Positions 1 to 10,247 of a stretch of 64,000 nt of DNA are shown here, one piece after another. How positions within the stretch are numbered: the first letter of the stretch is position 1; every line of letters begins with the position of its first letter. Origin of the DNA: Alphaproteobacteria bacterium UBA828 (GTDB lineage Bacteria; Pseudomonadota; Alphaproteobacteria; UBA828); the NCBI GenBank assembly GCA_002296185.1, contig DBHM01000027.1:158867-222866 (forward strand), in the 5' to 3' direction. Made by a program: the position numbers and the translations under genes. The notes beneath the pieces were generated by a model that saw nothing but the letters and a program-made list of their open reading frames with translations, was not told where the DNA came from and searched no databases.

Positions 1-26
1 AAAATATACTAAATAGGGCATCGTAA

Positions 27-800
27 TTATATCTCCAGGGAGATAACTGATAATAAGCGGCCATAATCACCACCGCCATTATGACAAGTTCGTCTGTAAC
101 TAAAAAATCTATCAGAATCAGCATAAGTGTCAGCTGAAATAGTATCAATCAAGCCAATGTTAGCCAACTGTAGCTGGTTTTTAATAAATTCGGGTAGATC
201 AAACATAAGAGATTGATGATTTAGCGCAGGATTAAAAAATCTCTTATTTTCTAGACTAAGGTTTATAAAAGGTTCAGCAAATGATCGACTTACTTCGTAA
301 CTTTGTGGGCCAATAGTTGGGCCTATAATCGCAACCGTATATTTTGGAAGGGCCCCAAGACTAGACATAGCATCTACGGTAGATTTAATTATGCCTCCCA
401 GAGCCCCCTTCCAGCCAGCGTGGGTTGCTGCGATAACCTGTGCTTTATAGTTCGAGAGCAGTATAGGTGCGCAATCAGCAGTTAAAACGCCTAAGGGTAC
501 ATTAAAATTATTAGTAATCAACGCGTCGCATTTTGGTCTATCGTGTATCTCGGTTGATTGGTCTATGATTTTTACTACAGAGCTATGTATTTGCCATGCT
601 GTTCGAAGTTTAAATTTTTCTAGATCCAGTGCTGAGAGTGCAATTGTTTGATTTTTACTTATTAAAGCAGGGTCATCATGAGAGCCTATTCCACAGTTAA
701 GGGAGTGGTAGCGTCCAGTGCTAACACCCCCGTTTCTCGTAAAAAAACCATGTTTTACAGAGTGTTGGTCGAGAGCTTGGTGTTGAATTAGGTTTGTCAT
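27..800 (-). CDS. pgeF: Peptidoglycan editing factor PgeF / YfiH (DUF152, laccase-domain) family protein
   Basis: 257-aa ORF with the YfiH-family motifs TADCAP and HAGWKG. It lies next to lgt, as is usual in alphaproteobacteria. Confidence 0.75.
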   Translation of the reverse strand: MTNLIQHQALDQHSVKHGFFTRNGGVSTGRYHSLNCGIGSHDDPALISKNQTIALSALDLEKFKLRTAWQIHSSVVKIIDQSTEIHDRPKCDALITNNFNVPLGVLTADCAPILLSNYKAQVIAATHAGWKGALGGIIKSTVDAMSSLGALPKYTVAIIGPTIGPQSYEVSRSFAEPFINLSLENKRFFNPALNHQSLMFDLPEFIKNQLQLANIGLIDTISADTYADSDRFFSYRRTCHNGGGDYGRLLSVISLEI

Positions 801-806
801 AGATTT

Positions 807-1925
807 CTAATATGTATTTATAAATTTATTATAAGAGCAATTTTCAAATCCTGGGGGCATAGGTGAGCTATCGTCAGTTATAGCTATAGCTTTAAACATG
901 CTGCCCATTTGCTCAGGATCAATAAGCCTATCTAGTGCACGCTGTATTTCAAGGCCAGATTGCGTATTGGAATTATTCCGCAAATAGGATGCTCTTGTTT
1001 CTATACCTAGTCTTCTTAAAAATTGACTTTGCATTATAGGTCCCCAATGCAAAACCCCAATATTAGAGATGGCTCTTTGAAGGGCCTGGAAGTCCAGATG
1101 CGCTGTAAGGTCAGCAGTTCCTGGATCGACTAGTACTGGATGGAATTTATGATTTTTAACAGCCTGAAGCGTTTCCCCTATTGCTGTTTGGGTATGCCCA
1201 TAATCGATAATAAGTATTACTCCCCCCTCAACTGATATTTTTTTAGCAAGTATTTTAACCATTTTTTCTCTAGCTGGAGAAAATTCAAATATTGATCCCT
1301 CCTCAGTTCTTTCTTTAATTATCTCTGATGGAAGCTGCTCCTCCTTTGCTTCAGGACCTGAAGAAAATATTAGTTTTTGGTTAATATCGTTGGTTACTGA
1401 TATCTGTCTTTCATGCCAACAACCAGTATCATATACCAACTGATTAACTGGAAGGGCATCAAAGAATTCGTTTGCAATGATTATTGATGGTCCAGGGGGA
1501 ATGCTATTTATAGAATTATGCCAAATAACTTCCCTGTCTTTTAAGGTATATTGCTGAACGCGCTTTAATTTTGGATTTATTTCCACTAAATGTGTTTCAA
1601 ATTTTTCGGGCGATTTATCTATCTTTGATATTGATCTCAGAATGTCATTGATTAATACACCATGCCCCGGACCAAGTTCTATGAGTTTTATCTGCGCATT
1701 ATCAGATAATTGTTTATGCATTAGTGTTACCCAGATTCCAATTATTTCCCCAAACATTTGAGAGATTTCAGGTGCAGTGATAAAGTCACCAGATGTACCT
1801 ATGGGATCAATAGTTTTATAGTAACCAAATTCTGGGTGACTAAGGGCTAAGTCCATATAGTGTTCTACAGATATAGGGCCGTTTTTTTCTATAAGTTTTT
1901 TAATTATTATTTCAAGTGATGCCAT
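807..1925 (-). CDS. Class I SAM-dependent methyltransferase, MidA/NDUFAF7 (DUF185) family
   Basis: 372-aa ORF in the conserved lgt-midA-pgeF arrangement. It has a glycine-rich stretch (IELGPGHG) consistent with a SAM-binding site. Confidence 0.6.
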   Translation of the reverse strand: MASLEIIIKKLIEKNGPISVEHYMDLALSHPEFGYYKTIDPIGTSGDFITAPEISQMFGEIIGIWVTLMHKQLSDNAQIKLIELGPGHGVLINDILRSISKIDKSPEKFETHLVEINPKLKRVQQYTLKDREVIWHNSINSIPPGPSIIIANEFFDALPVNQLVYDTGCWHERQISVTNDINQKLIFSSGPEAKEEQLPSEIIKERTEEGSIFEFSPAREKMVKILAKKISVEGGVILIIDYGHTQTAIGETLQAVKNHKFHPVLVDPGTADLTAHLDFQALQRAISNIGVLHWGPIMQSQFLRRLGIETRASYLRNNSNTQSGLEIQRALDRLIDPEQMGSMFKAIAITDDSSPMPPGFENCSYNKFINTY

Positions 1926-2732
1926 CTAATTTGAACGTCCATTAAGTAACGGTTTTATAACTAAAATTAGACCAAATAGTAACATTGGAAGAGAGAGTAA
2001 TTGCCCCATGGTAATGCTAGAAAAAATAAAACCAAGAGAAGCATCCGGTTCCCGAAACAATTCAACAATTATTCGAGATATGGAATAACCAATTAAAAAG
2101 ACACCTGTAATAAGCCCTGGAAATTTATTGAGCTTAAAGAAAAATGTTAAAAAACTTAGTAAAATAAATAAAACTAATCCCTCAAGAAGGGCCTCATATA
2201 ACTGACTGGGATGACGAGGAAACTCTCCTCCTCTTGGGAAAACAATTGCCCAAGGAACTTCACTAGGCCTACCAAAGAGTTCTCCATTAATAAAATTTGC
2301 TATTCTTCCAAAGAATAAACCGATAGGAGCAGCCATAGATACAACATCAGTGAGTTTTAGTAGCGGTAAGCTCTTTTTTCTTGAAAAAAGAATAAGGCCT
2401 AAAATCATTCCGACTAATCCCCCATGAAAGGACATGCCTCCATTCCAGATCATAAGTATTTGAATTGGATCTGAGAAATACTTACTGGGCTCGTAGAAAA
2501 AAACATATCCTAGACGTCCTCCAAGAATGATAGCTAGGGTTGAGAATACGAGAAGATCATCGACTTGACGCTTTGTAAGTGATGCTATTCCTTTGCGGCT
2601 AAGATAATGAATATAAAGCCAACCTAGAAGTAATCCGGCCACATAAGCAAGAGCGTACCATCTTATTTCAAGCGGACCAATTTTTAGTGCTACTTCTTCT
2701 ATCATTGGAAAAGTAAGGGCAACTGTTAGCAT
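1926..2732 (-). CDS. lgt: Prolipoprotein diacylglyceryl transferase
   Basis: 268-aa polytopic membrane protein with the Lgt signature region GRIANFINGELFG and a W/Y-rich N-terminal helix. Confidence 0.85.
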   Translation of the reverse strand: MLTVALTFPMIEEVALKIGPLEIRWYALAYVAGLLLGWLYIHYLSRKGIASLTKRQVDDLLVFSTLAIILGGRLGYVFFYEPSKYFSDPIQILMIWNGGMSFHGGLVGMILGLILFSRKKSLPLLKLTDVVSMAAPIGLFFGRIANFINGELFGRPSEVPWAIVFPRGGEFPRHPSQLYEALLEGLVLFILLSFLTFFFKLNKFPGLITGVFLIGYSISRIIVELFREPDASLGFIFSSITMGQLLSLPMLLFGLILVIKPLLNGRSN

Positions 2733-3724
2733 TAGAGGTAGGGATCAGGCTTAATAAGAAATTGTTGAACATATTTTCTTATTCCCGCCTCCAGACTCGT
2801 TGGTTGTTTGGTGTATCCTGTATTGATAAGACGTTCCATATTTGCTTCTGTAAAATATTGATACTTAGGCCTTAGATCTACAGGCATATCTATATATTTT
2901 ATTTTTTCCGGTTTATCCAAAGCGGCAAACAATGCGCAGGCTAGCTCACGAAAGCTCCGAGCTTTTCCGGTTCCCACATTAAAAATTCCATTTACGTTAC
3001 CTTTTTCAACTAGCCATAAAATAATATTCACACAATCACCAACCCATACGAAGTCCCTTAGTTGTTCGCCATCAGCATAGTTAGGGTCATGGGATTTGAA
3101 GAGTTTAACTTCTCCATTTGTCATTGCATCAGGAAATATTGTAGCCGCAACACTTCTTTGGTTTCCTTTGTGATATTCATTAGGGCCATATACATTAAAA
3201 AACTTTAATCCCACCCATTGTGGGGGATATTTGTGGCCCGATGAGATTTGACTAACGATTTTGCGATCAAAAAGATGTTTAGATCTTCCATAATGGTTCA
3301 GAGGACGTAACTTAGAAAGGGATTTGGGGTCGTAATCGTCCTCAAAACCCATGTTACCATTTCCATATGTAGCTGCTGACGAGGCATATATAAATGGCAC
3401 TTTATTTTCTACGCACCAATCCCATAACTTTAGGCTGTATTGATAATTATTTTTAACAAAAAGTGAGGCATCTGTAATCATCGTTGAGGAAGTTGCTCCC
3501 ATATGAAGAATGGCTTGTATATTTGACTTATTCTTAGTGCAGAAATTAAGAAGCATTGGGGGTGCAACAAAGTCGTGAATGTTTCTCTTAGAAATATTTT
3601 CTAAATGCGCATTTGGTTCATCTGATACAACCAGCTCTTTATATCCTCTCTGCTCAAGTGAAGCTAAAATATTAGAGCCTATAAAACCAGTGCCTCCTGT
3701 TACAATAATCATATCTTCTCGCAC
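2732..3724 (-). CDS. hldD: ADP-L-glycero-D-manno-heptose-6-epimerase
   Basis: MIIVTGGTGFIGSN Rossmann N-terminus, YASSAATYG, YGRSK and FFNVYGPNE motifs, matching HldD/RfaD along its whole length. The true start is probably the internal Met at MIIVTGG (about 3709). Confidence 0.9.
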   Translation of the reverse strand: MREDMIIVTGGTGFIGSNILASLEQRGYKELVVSDEPNAHLENISKRNIHDFVAPPMLLNFCTKNKSNIQAILHMGATSSTMITDASLFVKNNYQYSLKLWDWCVENKVPFIYASSAATYGNGNMGFEDDYDPKSLSKLRPLNHYGRSKHLFDRKIVSQISSGHKYPPQWVGLKFFNVYGPNEYHKGNQRSVAATIFPDAMTNGEVKLFKSHDPNYADGEQLRDFVWVGDCVNIILWLVEKGNVNGIFNVGTGKARSFRELACALFAALDKPEKIKYIDMPVDLRPKYQYFTEANMERLINTGYTKQPTSLEAGIRKYVQQFLIKPDPYL

Positions 3725-3826
3725 CTCGAAAACTCTTGCATTCGTATCCCCCAGGGCCTAGGAATTAGGATATAAAATATCTTTAAGGTATGCTCGCATA
3801 ATTCAAGTCTAATTGGGAGACATCTG

Positions 3827-4093
3827 ATGAAAGTTGATAGCAAATTATTGGATGACCTTACGCGAATAGCTGGGAGTGCTATAGGTGCTGCAGGTGGTAT
3901 GAGAAATGAGCTAGAAGTGGCATTTAAGCGGCGTTTAGAGGAGGCAATATCTAACATGGATGTGGTTACCCGTTCAGAATTTGATGCAGTCAAAGAAATA
4001 GCCCTAAAGGCTCGGTCTGAACAAGAGTTATTAACAGAACGTCTTAGTCAGATAGAGGCCAATTTAAGTAATAATACTTCTACAAAAGACTAA
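3827..4093 (+). CDS. UbiK/YqiC (BMFP) family accessory factor-like small coiled-coil protein
   Basis: 88-aa mostly helical protein that resembles the UbiK/BMFP family in size and charge pattern. Confidence 0.45.
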   Translation: MKVDSKLLDDLTRIAGSAIGAAGGMRNELEVAFKRRLEEAISNMDVVTRSEFDAVKEIALKARSEQELLTERLSQIEANLSNNTSTKD

Positions 4094-4320
4094 TTAAAAC
4101 AATTACATATATTATATTTATGACTAAATCGAACCTTGATTTAGTATGTATTGGTATCTTCTAATTTTCATTAAAAAATCTTAAAAATCAACAAATTGAT
4201 CATTGAAATTCCTGTACTACATTCTATTGTAGTAACCAGAACATATAGTAGCTTATTTAACATGTGATACAAAATATTGTAGCTATTAGAGCTGCCATTA
4301 ATCTAGTTTAGGAATATTTT

Positions 4321-4824
4321 ATGACTGGTGATTTAGCAGATATGATGGAAAGTAATGGTGGTGCTTTAGAGGTGGTTGAGCGTGTAGTTAGTGCCGCAGA
4401 GCTCCAATTTGAAAGATTTAGTACAGAAGACCTGGCTGCTGAATATCAAGGTAGATGGGGTATGTATCAGCTTTGGTTTGCAGTCCGCCAAGACGTGCAA
4501 GTAATGCATGTATCATGTGCCCTAGACTTAAAAATTGTAGGCTCAGAATTTGATTCTATATATCCTCTGTTGGCTAGAATCAATGAAAGACTATGGTTGG
4601 GTCATTTTGATGTTTGGCACTCAGAAGGACAGCCTACATGGCGGCATTCAATAGTTTTTAGGGCTGGTCCGATTCCAAATGACCAGCAAATAGCTGATAT
4701 AGTAGGCACAGCTTTGGACGATTGCGAGAAATACTTCCCTGCTTTTAAAGAGGTTCTAAATTATGGAACGGACCCAGAAATTGCAATTGCTTCAGCAATA
4801 GTGGACACGGTCGGCGTAGCATAA
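4321..4824 (+). CDS. YbjN domain-containing protein
   Basis: 167-aa ORF immediately upstream of, and overlapping by one codon with, proC; a YbjN-family gene in that position is a conserved alphaproteobacterial arrangement. Confidence 0.5.
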   Translation: MTGDLADMMESNGGALEVVERVVSAAELQFERFSTEDLAAEYQGRWGMYQLWFAVRQDVQVMHVSCALDLKIVGSEFDSIYPLLARINERLWLGHFDVWHSEGQPTWRHSIVFRAGPIPNDQQIADIVGTALDDCEKYFPAFKEVLNYGTDPEIAIASAIVDTVGVA

Positions 4825-5648
4825 TGGCTGCAATATCTGATGTTTCTCTGCTTTTAGTTGGTGGCGGAAAGATGGGAGGCGCCCTCCTCAATGGCTGGCT
4901 AAGCAATGGCCTACAACCGGAAAATGTTGTTCTAGTTGATAAAAATTCAGAAATTTTATCCTCTTTTAGTGACATAGGTATATCTACTGTTTTAAGCCCT
5001 TTAAAGATTGACCCTGATTTTTCGGCTGACATCATTTTTTTTGCAGTCAAGCCAGATTTAGTGGTAGAAGTATCTAATTCATATAAAAAATTTATTAGTA
5101 ATGGTGCACTTCTCATATCTGTGGCAGCTGGGGTTAAAATATCAGCACTTGAGGTCCATTCGGGTAGCGTTCCAATAATTCGCGCGATGCCTAATACACC
5201 TTCATCAATTGGTAGAGGTATCACAGCAGTTTGTGCAAATAACAAGGTTATTTCTCTACAGAAAGAAATTTGTGAAGAATTATTTAGAGCTGTTGGTGAC
5301 GTAATTTGGATTTCTGAAGAATCACATATGGATGCTGTTACGGCAGTATCTGGGAGTGGACCGGCATATCTTTTCTTGATGATTGAATGTCTCTCAGAAG
5401 CTGGAATATCTATTGGTTTAGATCCAGATATTTCTTACAAGCTAGCTCTAGAAACTATTGCAGGTTCGTCAGAATTAGCAAGAAATGACTCTGAGCCTCC
5501 AAATATACTAAGAGAAAATGTAACAAGCCCAGGTGGCACTACTGAAGCTGCTCTTGATATTTTGATGTCAGAAAACGGTTTGAAATACTTGCTAGATAAA
5601 GCTGTTAAAGCAGCCTATCAGAGGTCTAAGGATTTAGCGGGTAGATAA
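4824..5648 (+). CDS. proC: Pyrroline-5-carboxylate reductase
   Basis: 274 aa with an N-terminal NADP-binding LLVGGGKMGGALLNGW motif and a ProC-like C-terminal dimerisation region (GPAY...SPGGTT). Confidence 0.85.
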   Translation: MAAISDVSLLLVGGGKMGGALLNGWLSNGLQPENVVLVDKNSEILSSFSDIGISTVLSPLKIDPDFSADIIFFAVKPDLVVEVSNSYKKFISNGALLISVAAGVKISALEVHSGSVPIIRAMPNTPSSIGRGITAVCANNKVISLQKEICEELFRAVGDVIWISEESHMDAVTAVSGSGPAYLFLMIECLSEAGISIGLDPDISYKLALETIAGSSELARNDSEPPNILRENVTSPGGTTEAALDILMSENGLKYLLDKAVKAAYQRSKDLAGR

Positions 5649-5857
5649 AATTGAAATACCTGAATGCATCTATGAGAAAAATGGTGGAGCAGATTTTGCG
5701 CTCTATTTTGAAGAGCAGATTGTAAGGATGTTACGGCAACGACACGATTTCAGTCGTGTCAAAGCGAAGCATATAGAATGCTCATGGGTTACTAACGACA
5801 AAAGCTCTGATCTCTGGTAGCGTATTAGGTCGAAAAAACCAGAAAACAGGTTTAATC

Positions 5858-5968
5858 ATGAAAAATATAATTTTAGTGATTACATTTATATTGTTTGTTG
5901 GTGTCGCCAATAGTGTCTCGGCAAATCTCTTCAATCTGAATATTGCGAAATGGTTTGGTCGAACCTAG
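5858..5968 (+). CDS. Hypothetical 36-aa peptide with a signal-peptide-like N-terminus
   Basis: ATG ORF (MKNIILVITFILFVGVANSVSANLFNLNIAKWFGRT) below the ORF-track size cutoff, with AGG about 8 nt upstream. It sits in a 540-bp convergent spacer. Support is weak. Confidence 0.2.
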   Translation: MKNIILVITFILFVGVANSVSANLFNLNIAKWFGRT

Positions 5969-6187
5969 AAAGCAATATGGGATTACTTAAACGTTCAAAA
6001 GAGTTTGTAAGTAGAGAATACAAAAAAGCCCCCAGAACGCAGCTAGTATATAAATGATTGGGAAAATGAATTAATATTGCTTTTATCTGAAACAGCTAAT
6101 TGGTCGACCATTTGGAACAATGTTTGTACAGCCTGATGGGGTTGTTTAGAATAGATTAAAAATCTTGTAATAGCATTCTATTCATAG

Positions 6188-7513
6188 CTATTTGGGAAGC
6201 CTCAGCTGAGCTCTCAGTCCGCCCAAATTGCTATCTGACATACGTATATCCCCGCCATGGGATCGAGCAACATCAAGAGCAATTGCAAGTCCTAGTCCTG
6301 CGCCTCCAGTATTGGGATTGCGGGCTTCGTCAATTCGGTAGAAGGGTTTAAAGATAGATTCTTTTTGATTATCAGGTACACCTGGCCCATCATCTTCTAT
6401 ATTAATTTCTATATTATCTTTGTTTACCTCTACACTTACTCTTACATTTTTACCAAAATGTGTAGCATTCTCCATAAGATTGGTAAGGCATCTCTTCATT
6501 GCTGATGGCCTTACGGAAATTAAAATTTCTTTATGTGGAATATAAGTTAAGTTATTACTATTATTTTTTATATTTTCAACTACAGTTTTAATTATTAATC
6601 CAAGGTTTGCTTCAACTGGAGACTCGCCTTCTTGCCCCTGAGCGAATGATAAATATTCATTTATCATTTTTTCCATTTCGATAATATCGCGGTTTATTTC
6701 ATCTATTCCAGGAGATTCTTTATTGGTATTTTCTATTATAGCTAATTGTAATTTCATTCTAGTAAGAGGTGTACGAAGATCATGACTAACACCAGCAAGC
6801 ATTTCAGTGCGCTGGTCAATATATCTTCTTATCCTAGCGCGCATTTTGATAAACGCATTTGCTGCCTGACGTATTTCTTTGGCACCCGAAGGTTTAAAGC
6901 CTGAATAATCATGACCTTTACCAAAAGCATTTGCAGCATCTGCAAGCCGCCTAATAGGTCTAATCTGGTTACGAAGAAACAGAATAGCTAGTGCGCTAAC
7001 AATGATGAATGTGCCAACCATCCAAAGTACAAATATATATGTCGTAGAGCTATCCAGTCTTTTACGCGGAGTTAAAATATCCATAACTTCATCACGTAGC
7101 TGTATACGAATTGATAGTTTTCCATCAGGGCGTCGAGTATCTATATGAAATGGAAAATACATTCTTTCAGATATCGCTGAATGGAGTACTCTGTCGATTA
7201 TACGTGAGCTTTTCTTTGGCGGCTCATTAGGGAGTATAGCCCCTTTCTCCAAGCTAACATCTATTTGCATTTCTCTAAGGGCAGCATCAAGTATCCAAGC
7301 TCTTTTTTTAGGATCTGACTCAATCTGTAACTCCCGCATGACGTAAGCTACATCGCCAGCAATTCCAAGCGCGAGTCTTCTGCTAACTGTATCCCAATGA
7401 CGCTCATAAAATATGTATGTAATGACACATTGAAGTAATATTAGTGGTACTAGCATTATGAGCAAAGAACGCCAGAATAAACCTCTTGGTGCTAAATTTT
7501 TTAATCGTGCCAT
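6188..7513 (-). CDS. Two-component sensor histidine kinase (EnvZ-like)
   Basis: Two TM segments, a HAMP-like region, an H-box (SHDLRTPLTRM) and an HATPase_c G-box (GGAGLGLAI). Forms an operon with the OmpR-like regulator. Confidence 0.85.
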   Translation of the reverse strand: MARLKNLAPRGLFWRSLLIMLVPLILLQCVITYIFYERHWDTVSRRLALGIAGDVAYVMRELQIESDPKKRAWILDAALREMQIDVSLEKGAILPNEPPKKSSRIIDRVLHSAISERMYFPFHIDTRRPDGKLSIRIQLRDEVMDILTPRKRLDSSTTYIFVLWMVGTFIIVSALAILFLRNQIRPIRRLADAANAFGKGHDYSGFKPSGAKEIRQAANAFIKMRARIRRYIDQRTEMLAGVSHDLRTPLTRMKLQLAIIENTNKESPGIDEINRDIIEMEKMINEYLSFAQGQEGESPVEANLGLIIKTVVENIKNNSNNLTYIPHKEILISVRPSAMKRCLTNLMENATHFGKNVRVSVEVNKDNIEINIEDDGPGVPDNQKESIFKPFYRIDEARNPNTGGAGLGLAIALDVARSHGGDIRMSDSNLGGLRAQLRLPK

Positions 7514-7517
7514 CTAA

Positions 7518-8210
7518 TCAATCCGATCGCATTAAATAGCCTGCCCCCCAAATAGTTTTCAGGTAGCGTGGGTCTTTTGGGTTAGGTTCGATCTTACGTC
7601 TTAAGCGAGTTATTTGAACATCTAACGCTCGTCCTGTAGGATCAACGCCAGAATGCGAGCATAATTCACTTCTGCTGATTGTCTCGTTGGGACGGGTGGT
7701 GAAAAGCTTTAAAAGGTCAACTTCTGATCTAGTGAGTTTTATAATTTCAGATCCGTGTTTTAAGGTTTCAGTAATATTATCAAATATATATTCTCCAAAT
7801 TTTAGTGATAATGGAGAGTCTTTAGCTGACTCATTATAATTATCACTTCTTTTGAGAATGCTTGTAATTCGAAGAAGTAATTCTCTTGGTTCAAAGGGTT
7901 TTGTTAGATAATCATCCGCCCCACTTTCAAATCCAGAAATACGGTCTTCTGTTTCGGACATTGCTGTAAGAAGCAGAACTGGAATATCATTTGTTTTACG
8001 AAGATCTTTTGTGAAATTTATTCCAGTTTCTCCTGGCATCATAACATCAAGAACCATGATATCAAATTCCATTCCGGAGAGAAATCTTCGTGCATCAGGG
8101 GCTGATGATGCGACAGTGACGCGATACCCATTATCAGTCAGATATCTTTTAAGCAGATCTCTTAGTCTATCATCATCATCAACGATTAAAACATGTGGTC
8201 CGCATATCAT
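7518..8210 (-). CDS. OmpR-family DNA-binding response regulator
   Basis: The receiver domain is close to E. coli OmpR (VLIVDDDDRLRDLLKRYL vs ILVVDDDMRLRALLERYL) and is followed by a winged-helix C-terminus. Confidence 0.85.
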   Translation of the reverse strand: MICGPHVLIVDDDDRLRDLLKRYLTDNGYRVTVASSAPDARRFLSGMEFDIMVLDVMMPGETGINFTKDLRKTNDIPVLLLTAMSETEDRISGFESGADDYLTKPFEPRELLLRITSILKRSDNYNESAKDSPLSLKFGEYIFDNITETLKHGSEIIKLTRSEVDLLKLFTTRPNETISRSELCSHSGVDPTGRALDVQITRLRRKIEPNPKDPRYLKTIWGAGYLMRSD

Positions 8211-8276
8211 ATAATCACCAGTTAAAGCTATTTGATGACATTCTTCACCAGAAAAATTATAAAAATAGTCTATGGT

Positions 8277-8798
8277 TTATTTATTATTAGTAAAACGTTC
8301 ACGATCTACCTCATCGATAATACCTAGTAGGACCTTACGATATCCATCTACAGCATCAGGTCCAGCCTTTCTGTAGGCTTCAGAAAGTAACTTTCTGTGA
8401 ACACCTGCCAAACGATTATCTAAATCATCACCCTTTTGGGTTAATCTTAATAAACGTCGTCGCTTATCTGTATTGCATTTTTGATTTTTAATATATCCAT
8501 CTTCTATTAGTTGTCCTAATACTCGAGATAAGGACTGCTTTGTGATCTTTAGAATACTTAATAATTCAGCCACAGAAATATTCGGATTACGTGCTATAAA
8601 ATATATTACTCTATGGTGGGCCCTACCAAATCCGTAGTTATTTAATATAGTGTCACACTCGGCAGTAAAGTCACGATATGCAAAAAACAGCAGCTCCATT
8701 CCCTCATAGAGCTGGTCTTCACGTAAGAACAAAAGGTTTGTACCGGACTTTATGTCAGCCATGTTGACTGATATGCCGTGCGATGCTAGTGGATGCAA
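8277..8798 (-). CDS. MarR-family transcriptional regulator
   Basis: Winged-helix HTH region (ISVAELLSILKITKQSLSRVLGQLIEDGYI...DKRRRLLRLTQKG). The likely true start is the internal Met (MADIK). Confidence 0.75.
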   Translation of the reverse strand: MHPLASHGISVNMADIKSGTNLLFLREDQLYEGMELLFFAYRDFTAECDTILNNYGFGRAHHRVIYFIARNPNISVAELLSILKITKQSLSRVLGQLIEDGYIKNQKCNTDKRRRLLRLTQKGDDLDNRLAGVHRKLLSEAYRKAGPDAVDGYRKVLLGIIDEVDRERFTNNK

Positions 8799-8851
8799 GT
8801 CTTTTTATGCAACAATGTTGAATCTAGTCAATAAATTAGAATGGAATATTT

Positions 8852-9727
8852 ATGGTTGAACTCGTTCCTTATGACGATCGCGATGGCAAGATCTGGTATA
8901 ATGGTGAGCTTGTATTGTGGCGTGAGGCAAAGCTCCATGTCCTGAGTCATGCTTTGCATTATGCTAGCTGCGTATTTGAGGGAGAGAGGGTTTATGGTGG
9001 AAAAGTATATAAGTTAGAAGAGCATACCACCCGTTTATTTCAGTCAGCTAAGGAACTTGGGTTTGAAATCCCATTTAGCTCCAATATGCTAAATTCAGCT
9101 ACACTAGAAGTTGTTGCCGCTGAAGGTATTGATGATGGCTATGTCCGGCCCGTAGCATGGAGGGGACCTGAGCAGATGGGAGTTTCTGCGCAAGAGACTA
9201 AAATCCATGTAGCTATCGCTGCTTGGCCGTGGCCTGCCTACTTTGGTGATGAAGCTAGAAAAAAAGGTATAAAATTAAAGACTTCAAAGTGGAAAAGGCC
9301 TGCCCCTGATACTGCTCCAGTAAAAGCAAAAGCTGCAGGCTTATATATGATCTGCACTTTGTCTAAACATGACGCAGAGGCTAGTGGTTACCATGATGCG
9401 CTAATGTTAGATTGGAGAGGACAAGTCGCAGAGGCAACCGGAGCTAACATATTTCTCGTTCAAGACGGCGTTATTCATACTCCAATCCCAGATTGTTTTC
9501 TTGACGGTATTACTCGTAGGACTGTGATCCAGTTGGCCAAACAGCGCGGATATAGCGTAAAAGAGCGCCCTATATTTCCAGAAGACATAGAAAAATCGGA
9601 AGAAATATTTCTTACCGGAACAGCGGCAGAAGTCACGCCTGTTGGACAGGTTGATCAACATTTTCTCAAAGTTGGCCCTATCACGGAGCGCCTTATAGCT
9701 GATTATGACGAAGAGGTTAGAAAATAA
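8852..9727 (+). CDS. ilvE: Branched-chain-amino-acid aminotransferase
   Basis: Matches E. coli IlvE along its length, including the PLP-fold class IV region (HALHYASCVFEGER, AAKAAG, LDGITRR, FLTGTAAEVTPV). Confidence 0.9.
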   Translation: MVELVPYDDRDGKIWYNGELVLWREAKLHVLSHALHYASCVFEGERVYGGKVYKLEEHTTRLFQSAKELGFEIPFSSNMLNSATLEVVAAEGIDDGYVRPVAWRGPEQMGVSAQETKIHVAIAAWPWPAYFGDEARKKGIKLKTSKWKRPAPDTAPVKAKAAGLYMICTLSKHDAEASGYHDALMLDWRGQVAEATGANIFLVQDGVIHTPIPDCFLDGITRRTVIQLAKQRGYSVKERPIFPEDIEKSEEIFLTGTAAEVTPVGQVDQHFLKVGPITERLIADYDEEVRK

Positions 9728-9728
9728 T

Positions 9729-9741
9729 AAAGGGCGCCTTT
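9729..9741. terminator. Short GC hairpin (AAAGG-GCG-CCTTT) with T-runs on both sides; possible bidirectional terminator between ilvE and moaE
   Basis: Inverted repeat read directly from the sequence. The stem is only 5 bp, so this is a weak call. Confidence 0.3.
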
Positions 9742-9771
9742 AAATCATTTTTATGTAGAAAGTTTATTTTA

Positions 9772-10230
9772 CTAACGGCTTTTCCAGCGCTTAGTCTTTT
9801 GTGTATCTTTGCTTGTCGGTTTTACCCATTCGTAGGTTTCAATGCCCTTATATTTTTCAAGTTTCCAAAATGGAGCCTCTGTTTTGAGCCAATCAATCAG
9901 AAATGTGCATGACTCTAGTGCAGCTTGCCTATGAGATGATGCAGTTGCTACCATAACTATCCTATCCCCTGGGTTTAAGCAGCCATATCTATGAATAATA
10001 AGACTTGCATCTAATGGCCACTGATTTAGTGCTTGAGACTCTATTGCAAGAAGCATTTTTTCTGTCATGCCTGGGTAGTGCTCAAGAGTCATTGAATCTA
10101 ATTTTTGGTCATTAGAAAATTCTCTAACAAGTCCGATAAAAGAGGCTAGTCCACCAATATTCTTGTTGTTAGATGTAAGATCTTGAAGCTCCTTTCCTGG
10201 GTCAAAATCTTGATGTTGAACCCTAATCAC
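9772..10230 (-). CDS. moaE: Molybdopterin synthase catalytic subunit
   Basis: 152-aa protein directly downstream of the MoaD-like gene in a Moco-biosynthesis operon. Confidence 0.7.
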   Translation of the reverse strand: MIRVQHQDFDPGKELQDLTSNNKNIGGLASFIGLVREFSNDQKLDSMTLEHYPGMTEKMLLAIESQALNQWPLDASLIIHRYGCLNPGDRIVMVATASSHRQAALESCTFLIDWLKTEAPFWKLEKYKGIETYEWVKPTSKDTQKTKRWKSR

Positions 10231-10247
10231 TTTCTATCCCCTTCTTG

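Noticed and set aside
3579-3993. ORFs 3579..3761 (+) and 3709..3993 (-), overlapping hldD and ubiK
   Set aside because: They overlap strongly supported genes on the other strand or frame and have no independent signal.
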